A stretch of DNA of 64,000 bases from Macrostomum lignano (taxonomy: Eukaryota): NCBI GenBank assembly GCA_002269645.1, contig NIVC01000514.1, forward strand, positions 434,001-498,000. Reading direction: 5' to 3'. Below are positions 59,601-64,000 of the stretch, piece by piece. A program made the position numbers and the translations under genes. How positions within the stretch are numbered: the first letter of the stretch is position 1; each line of letters opens with the position of its first letter. Below the pieces are notes generated by a model that saw nothing but the letters and a program-made list of their open reading frames with translations, was not told the DNA's origin and ran no database searches.

Positions 59601-62600
59601 ATCTGTTTGATCGGATGTAACCTCTTGATCAGCCTGATCCACTTGATCTGTTTGATCGGATGTAACCTTTTGATCAGCCTGATCCACTTGATCTGTTTGA
59701 TCGGATGTAACCTTTTGATCAGCCTGATCCACTTGATCTGTTTGATCGGATGTAACCTTTTGATCAGCCTGATCCACTTGATCTGTTTGATCGGATGTAA
59801 CCTCTTGATCAGCCTGATCCACTTGATCAGCTTGATCCACTTGATCTGTTTCATCCGCTTTTAATCTTGCTCCAGAAAAAAACTGAGTCCACAAGGCGTG
59901 GGCTAGCCACGTTTCCTTAATTCTTGTTTTGGCTTCCTGCAAGTCGTTTTTGATATCTTCAATGCCGCTATCACCTTTCATTATCTTCGCATACGCTCTA
60001 TTGTAGTAGGCTATTGAAGACCAGGCGCAATTCATTGCAATAGCTGTAGTATATAAATCAATTGCTTTTTGGAAATCCTCTTGTCGTAAACATTTGTCCG
60101 CAAGTTTTAGAGTTTGAAACGGACTCATTAAACAATCTGATTCAATATTTTTTGTGGCGTCCTTGAAAGTTTCCTTGACTTCTCTAATATACTTGTCTGT
60201 GTTTGGTTTGCTAAAGTCGGCAGTGTGGCACAAAATTGTCTTTAGATGCATTCCCCAGATTTCTTTCAGACAGTTTAATTTGAGCTTTAGGTCTATATCA
60301 TCCTTATTTGCCTGGCGGTACTTTGTTAATGAGCGACTGAAGCGACGAAACAGACTTTCCTTGAATTCTACTTCAGGCATAGAAAATTCCGTATGATTTC
60401 GCAGCTCTTGTAAACTGGCCTCCCGCCTCACTTGCTTCATCTCCTCTACCGAGTCGCAGTCAGCAAAGCAAGCGCTAAGACCCTCCTGGCTTAGAATTAA
60501 TGTCGCAGAACCCCGCTGACCCTTGCGTCCACTGCGACCACACACTTGCTCCTCGACTCGCTGATTCAAGGGGAGAAATGTGACAAGTACGTGCAGACCT
60601 CCAGCTGCCTCTGCTTCATCGTTTACTTTCACGTCCGTGCCTCTGCCTGCCAAATTCGTGGCCACAATCACATCTCCTGGACCAACAATCAGCTCAGACT
60701 TTGTATCTTCGTTCCTGATGTACCTTTTAGGCGTAACCCCGTGACATCGGCGAGTTACCTCGTTGAGAACGAGATCAGCACTGTTTATGTCCTCACAAAC
60801 AATCAGAGTTGGCCGGTGCCTTTCCTTCTTTACTAGCTGGCAAAGCTTTGAGATGCACTCAGATTTGGTTTCGGTGACAATGCCCGGGTTCTCTACTAGC
60901 CGGCGTTCCCTGAACGGAGGAATATAGTTTAGCTGTACTTTGTAGGTTTTGCGCATGAACTCCTTCTCGTGCTCCTCCCCGAGAGTCCCAGAAACGCCGA
61001 ACACCGCGGTGCCATACCGACGGAAAAAATATAAATTTGATAAAAAGTTTGTTTCTAAACCAAGAGGTCTCATTTGTAGACGATGCTTCAGCTGCAGGAA
61101 CTGCTGCAGTCCATCGCTCCATCTCATGTTTTCTTGAACCACACCTGTGTGCTTGAAGTCCACAGGCACAGCATCTCCGTCCTGCAAGAGGTAGTCGCGT
61201 CCGGGCTGCAGAACTCCTGCGGTGAGAGCACTGTTGATCCAGACGTCAAGCATATCGTCGATGAACCCTTTCAGGTGTTTTGGCATCGGCAGTTGCTTTT
61301 CCTTGCTAGTTACTTCCGTTTTAGAGTCGTCAGTTGAATCCTTTAAGGATGTGCTGTAATTAATTTGGGATTGAACATCCTCTCTTTTTTTCGAAATGAA
61401 GTCCTCAATATTGGCGAACAGCAATCTGCAGACACCGCCTTGGTTCACGAGAAGATGCGTGGAACAGTCTTCTGAATGCTCCAGTGGTTCTATTTCCGCA
61501 TTTCTGTAGATGTAGATGTTGCACCTGGGAAACTGGAGCAAGGAATCTGCGGCAGTGGTTAGAATTTCTCTTACTCTGCCGATATCGAATTGAGATAAAT
61601 CAACGGGATCTACAGTCTGATTCAAGAAGTCCTTCTTTTCCTCTGAGTTTATCAGTTCTTTCTGAAGTAGCGTTTCAATTAACTCATTGAATTCCTCATC
61701 GGACGTTAGTTCTTTAAGGAAGTAGAGAAATGTCATTGCCTGCTCTGCAACCATTTCACCTCCATGCACGGTGTTTAGAACCTGACAACCGAATGTGGCT
61801 CTGAAAATCGTCGGAAAAACTGGGTCCAGCATTTTCATGTCTCCCACATCCTGAGAAAGATACGTTAGCTGCACTCCCTGGTCGAGCAGCAGTGAATCGA
61901 CCTCATCCACAATAACTGCGTCGAAGCTTCTTGTGCCACGAATTTCTTTAAACTGGAACTCGTGCCGCAAAACGTCACCTGCAAATGAAGACACCGTGCC
62001 ATACACTATTTTGGACTCATAACACTCTTTTGGTTTTTTATGATTAATGTTGCAGCTAACGGTAACTTTGCATTCTTGATAAAAATCGTGCCATTCTTGG
62101 CAGTCTCTTTCAGCCAGAACTTCAGAGGGTGCAACGACGTCAACTGACGTCCTCCCGAGAAGCAGAAGTCCGACGGCGGTCATTGCCACAATGCACGATT
62201 TTCCTTCGCCAGTCAGAATCTGCAAAATTTGTCCAAATTTCTTGCTAGCAGAGCTTTTGAGCAAGGCAGCAGCACTGAGAAGTTGAGTGTTCCGCGGAAG
62301 ATATCCTTTACATTTTCTCACTGCCTTTGACAGATCAATCAAAATTTTGTGCAATGGTGGTTCCTTTCCACGCTCCCATAGTTTGATTTTGCTAAGCTTT
62401 TCGGTGATAGTTTTTTTTGCTTTGCTAAATCCGGACATATCAAAATATTTCGCGGTTTTACTGACGACATCTTCAAGCTCGGAAAGCTGATCGTCTTCAA
62501 ATCCTCCTGATTCCTTAAGTTCAGCTAGAAGCTCGCCGAGAGTCCTCTGCGCTGCCTGATCCTTTTCAAGTCGCTCAATGGTGGCCTTTGAAATAGTCTC

Positions 62601-64000
62601 GCTGGAATCCAGAAGACCTTTCAAATCGCAGCGGCTCAAAATCATCATCTGGACGACCTGTCTTACTTGATCAGGTGTCGAGTCACTAGAGTGAATGAGC
62701 TCCATTAGCTTGAGCGTGCTTGCCGAATCCCAGTGATGCATTGACAGAATGAGCTCAACCACACATTCGGTGTCCGATTTGTTATCAAGATAGTCGGCGA
62801 TGCCAGCAGTTTTCAGCATTGCTATCAAGACGGATCGGAGTCTCTTCAAGTCGGTGTCTGTATTCTGGGTAGGCCAGAGTCGAGTAATATCTTCAGCCAC
62901 TAAGAGTAGCTTGAGCAGAATTTTTATGACAGGAGTTGTCTCATTCTGCTTTTTTGCCATTAGCAGCTTATCCAGATGCTCTATGGCACAATTTGTGTCA
63001 CGGAACTGACGATAAAGTTCATCCATCTCATCTTCGTTCGAAAGGTCTTCAGCGGGTTCCTCTTTAAATAAAAGCAAAACCAGCAAGCCATAATACACCA
63101 TGTCGATTTCTGTTTTCGGAAAGCAAAATTCTATGAGAACCTTGTTTGCAGCGTCTACCACTTGGCCAGCCGACTCTTCATCTAGCAGCTTCAGAAGCGA
63201 CAAGTGTGTCGCCATTTGATTCTCTTTATTGGGCTGAGGAATTCGTGACTTCCAATGACTATAAAAATGATTCAGGAATTGCGATCTTGAAACGGCTTCT
63301 ACAGTTCTCAAAGCATTTTGACCACTCGCATTCTGACTTGCGTCTTTGAGACGGGTAAAAACATCTCCGACAGCATTTTCAATGCTTTTATCTATTTGGC
63401 TCCTGATATCTGCAACAGTAGCATCGGAAACTCCAAGGCTTGCATAGTCTTTTGCACACTTGCCGCGCACATGCTGTATCGAGACTCTCAAGCCTTTGAA
63501 CAATCTCTGCATTTCTTTTGCTCTATGGTTTTCCCTTGCTGTTGCCACCTGCCGTCCAAATTTCTCTGTTTTCTGTAGGTTCTCAGACGCTTGCTGATTT
63601 CTCCTTATCTTTGCTCGCTGCTCTTCAATTCTTCTTGAGATATCGGCCTCTCTTTCAGCTAGTTCAGCTTCGAACTCTCTTCTTCCTTTTTCAAGCTCCT
63701 CCTGCTGCGACTGCAGTCTCTTCTTCATCTCCAAGCTATGCTCTTCCATCTCAATCTGCTTCTTCTGCATCTCGCTCTGAAAGCGATCTTTCCTTTCTTT
63801 AAACTGCGCTTGCAGACGAGCTCTGTGTTGATCAGCTTCCGCATTGAGGCTGTTAAACCTTGCACTTGTCTCTGACGTAATCCGCTCCTTTTGGTGCCGA
63901 AAGCTTTCCAGTCTTTCCATTCGAATCTTTTCCACCTCTTTTTGTTCCTCCAGCAAATCCTGTTGGCCTTTATATTTCCAGTCTGTCTTTTGCTTCTGCA
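44664..64000 (-). CDS. Giant SecA-like (SecA_DEAD / SF2 helicase-fold ATPase) protein with TPR-like motif, hydrophobic helical segment and C-terminal 41-aa tandem repeats; 5'-incomplete; 1-bp frameshifts inside the repeat array as assembled
   Basis: ORF 56580..63956 is also stop-free from 63956 to the window edge. SecA motifs occur in order: QILTGEGKS (~62196-62222), IVDEVDS (~61896-61910), RDYLLQDGDAVPVDFKHTGVVQENMRWSDGLQQFLQLKH (cf. bacterial SecA DYIV.DG.V.IVD..TGR....RWSDGLHQA.EAKE), FGVSGTLG, VATNLAGRGTDVK, EEQVCGRSGRKGQRG. The reading frame enters the 123-bp array at ~57654, and the last unit ends ...AESSNDGYFGESR-TGA at 44664. Confidence 0.85.
44685..57654 (-). repeat. 123-bp coding tandem repeat, ~105 copies (41-aa unit GQAGASVELAQSDEKRQAESTKDGDSKERSSKQESSAKLGL)
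   Basis: The period of 123 nt is read directly from the sequence. About 12.97 kb / 123 gives ~105 copies. The core (~49.8-54.9 kb) is apparently identical copy to copy; variants cluster towards both ends. Confidence 0.97.
59562..59850 (-). repeat. 45-bp coding repeat x6 (DQTDQVDQADQ[E/K]VTS) inside the SecA-like ORF
   Basis: In-frame 15-aa repeat visible in the translation and in DNA (ttgatcggatgtaacc...tgatcagcctgatccacttgatctgt). Confidence 0.95.

Noticed and set aside
57655-64000. Canonical bacterial secA from a contaminant
   Set aside because: It lacks neighbouring bacterial genes, has a very different C-terminal architecture, and is contiguous with animal transposons and spliced genes. 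A chimeric assembly cannot be fully excluded without reads.

Overview
Eukaryotic (animal) genomic DNA with GC-rich spliced exons, AT-rich intergenic tracts and introns largely filled by distinct minisatellites. This style resembles the flatworm Macrostomum, but the organism is an inference. From left to right: (1) non-coding, repeat-rich DNA with small TIR elements (1-10.4 kb). (2) A compact same-strand cluster TYW2/TRMT12 - PPM1K - DUF1295 - ankyrin-repeat gene (10.9-20.6 kb); PPM1K carries an in-frame TAG inside a conserved exon. (3) CUEDC1 on the minus strand (22.6-26.2 kb). (4) Gypsy LTR relics with a nested hAT-like MITE (28.6-31.7 kb). (5) A six-exon gene with no recognisable family (33.2-39.6 kb, minus). 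(6) A 5'-truncated RT-RNase H LINE with a 12-bp TSD and (CA)n tail, then an internally deleted mariner (40.5-44.4 kb). (7) The standout: an intronless minus-strand ORF, open beyond the right edge, encoding coiled coil + SecA-type SF2 ATPase + TPR-like motif + hydrophobic helical segment + beta-rich segment, followed in frame by ~105 near-identical 123-bp (41-aa) repeats and a unique stop at 44664. It would exceed 6,400 aa if the scattered 1-bp frameshifts are errors.
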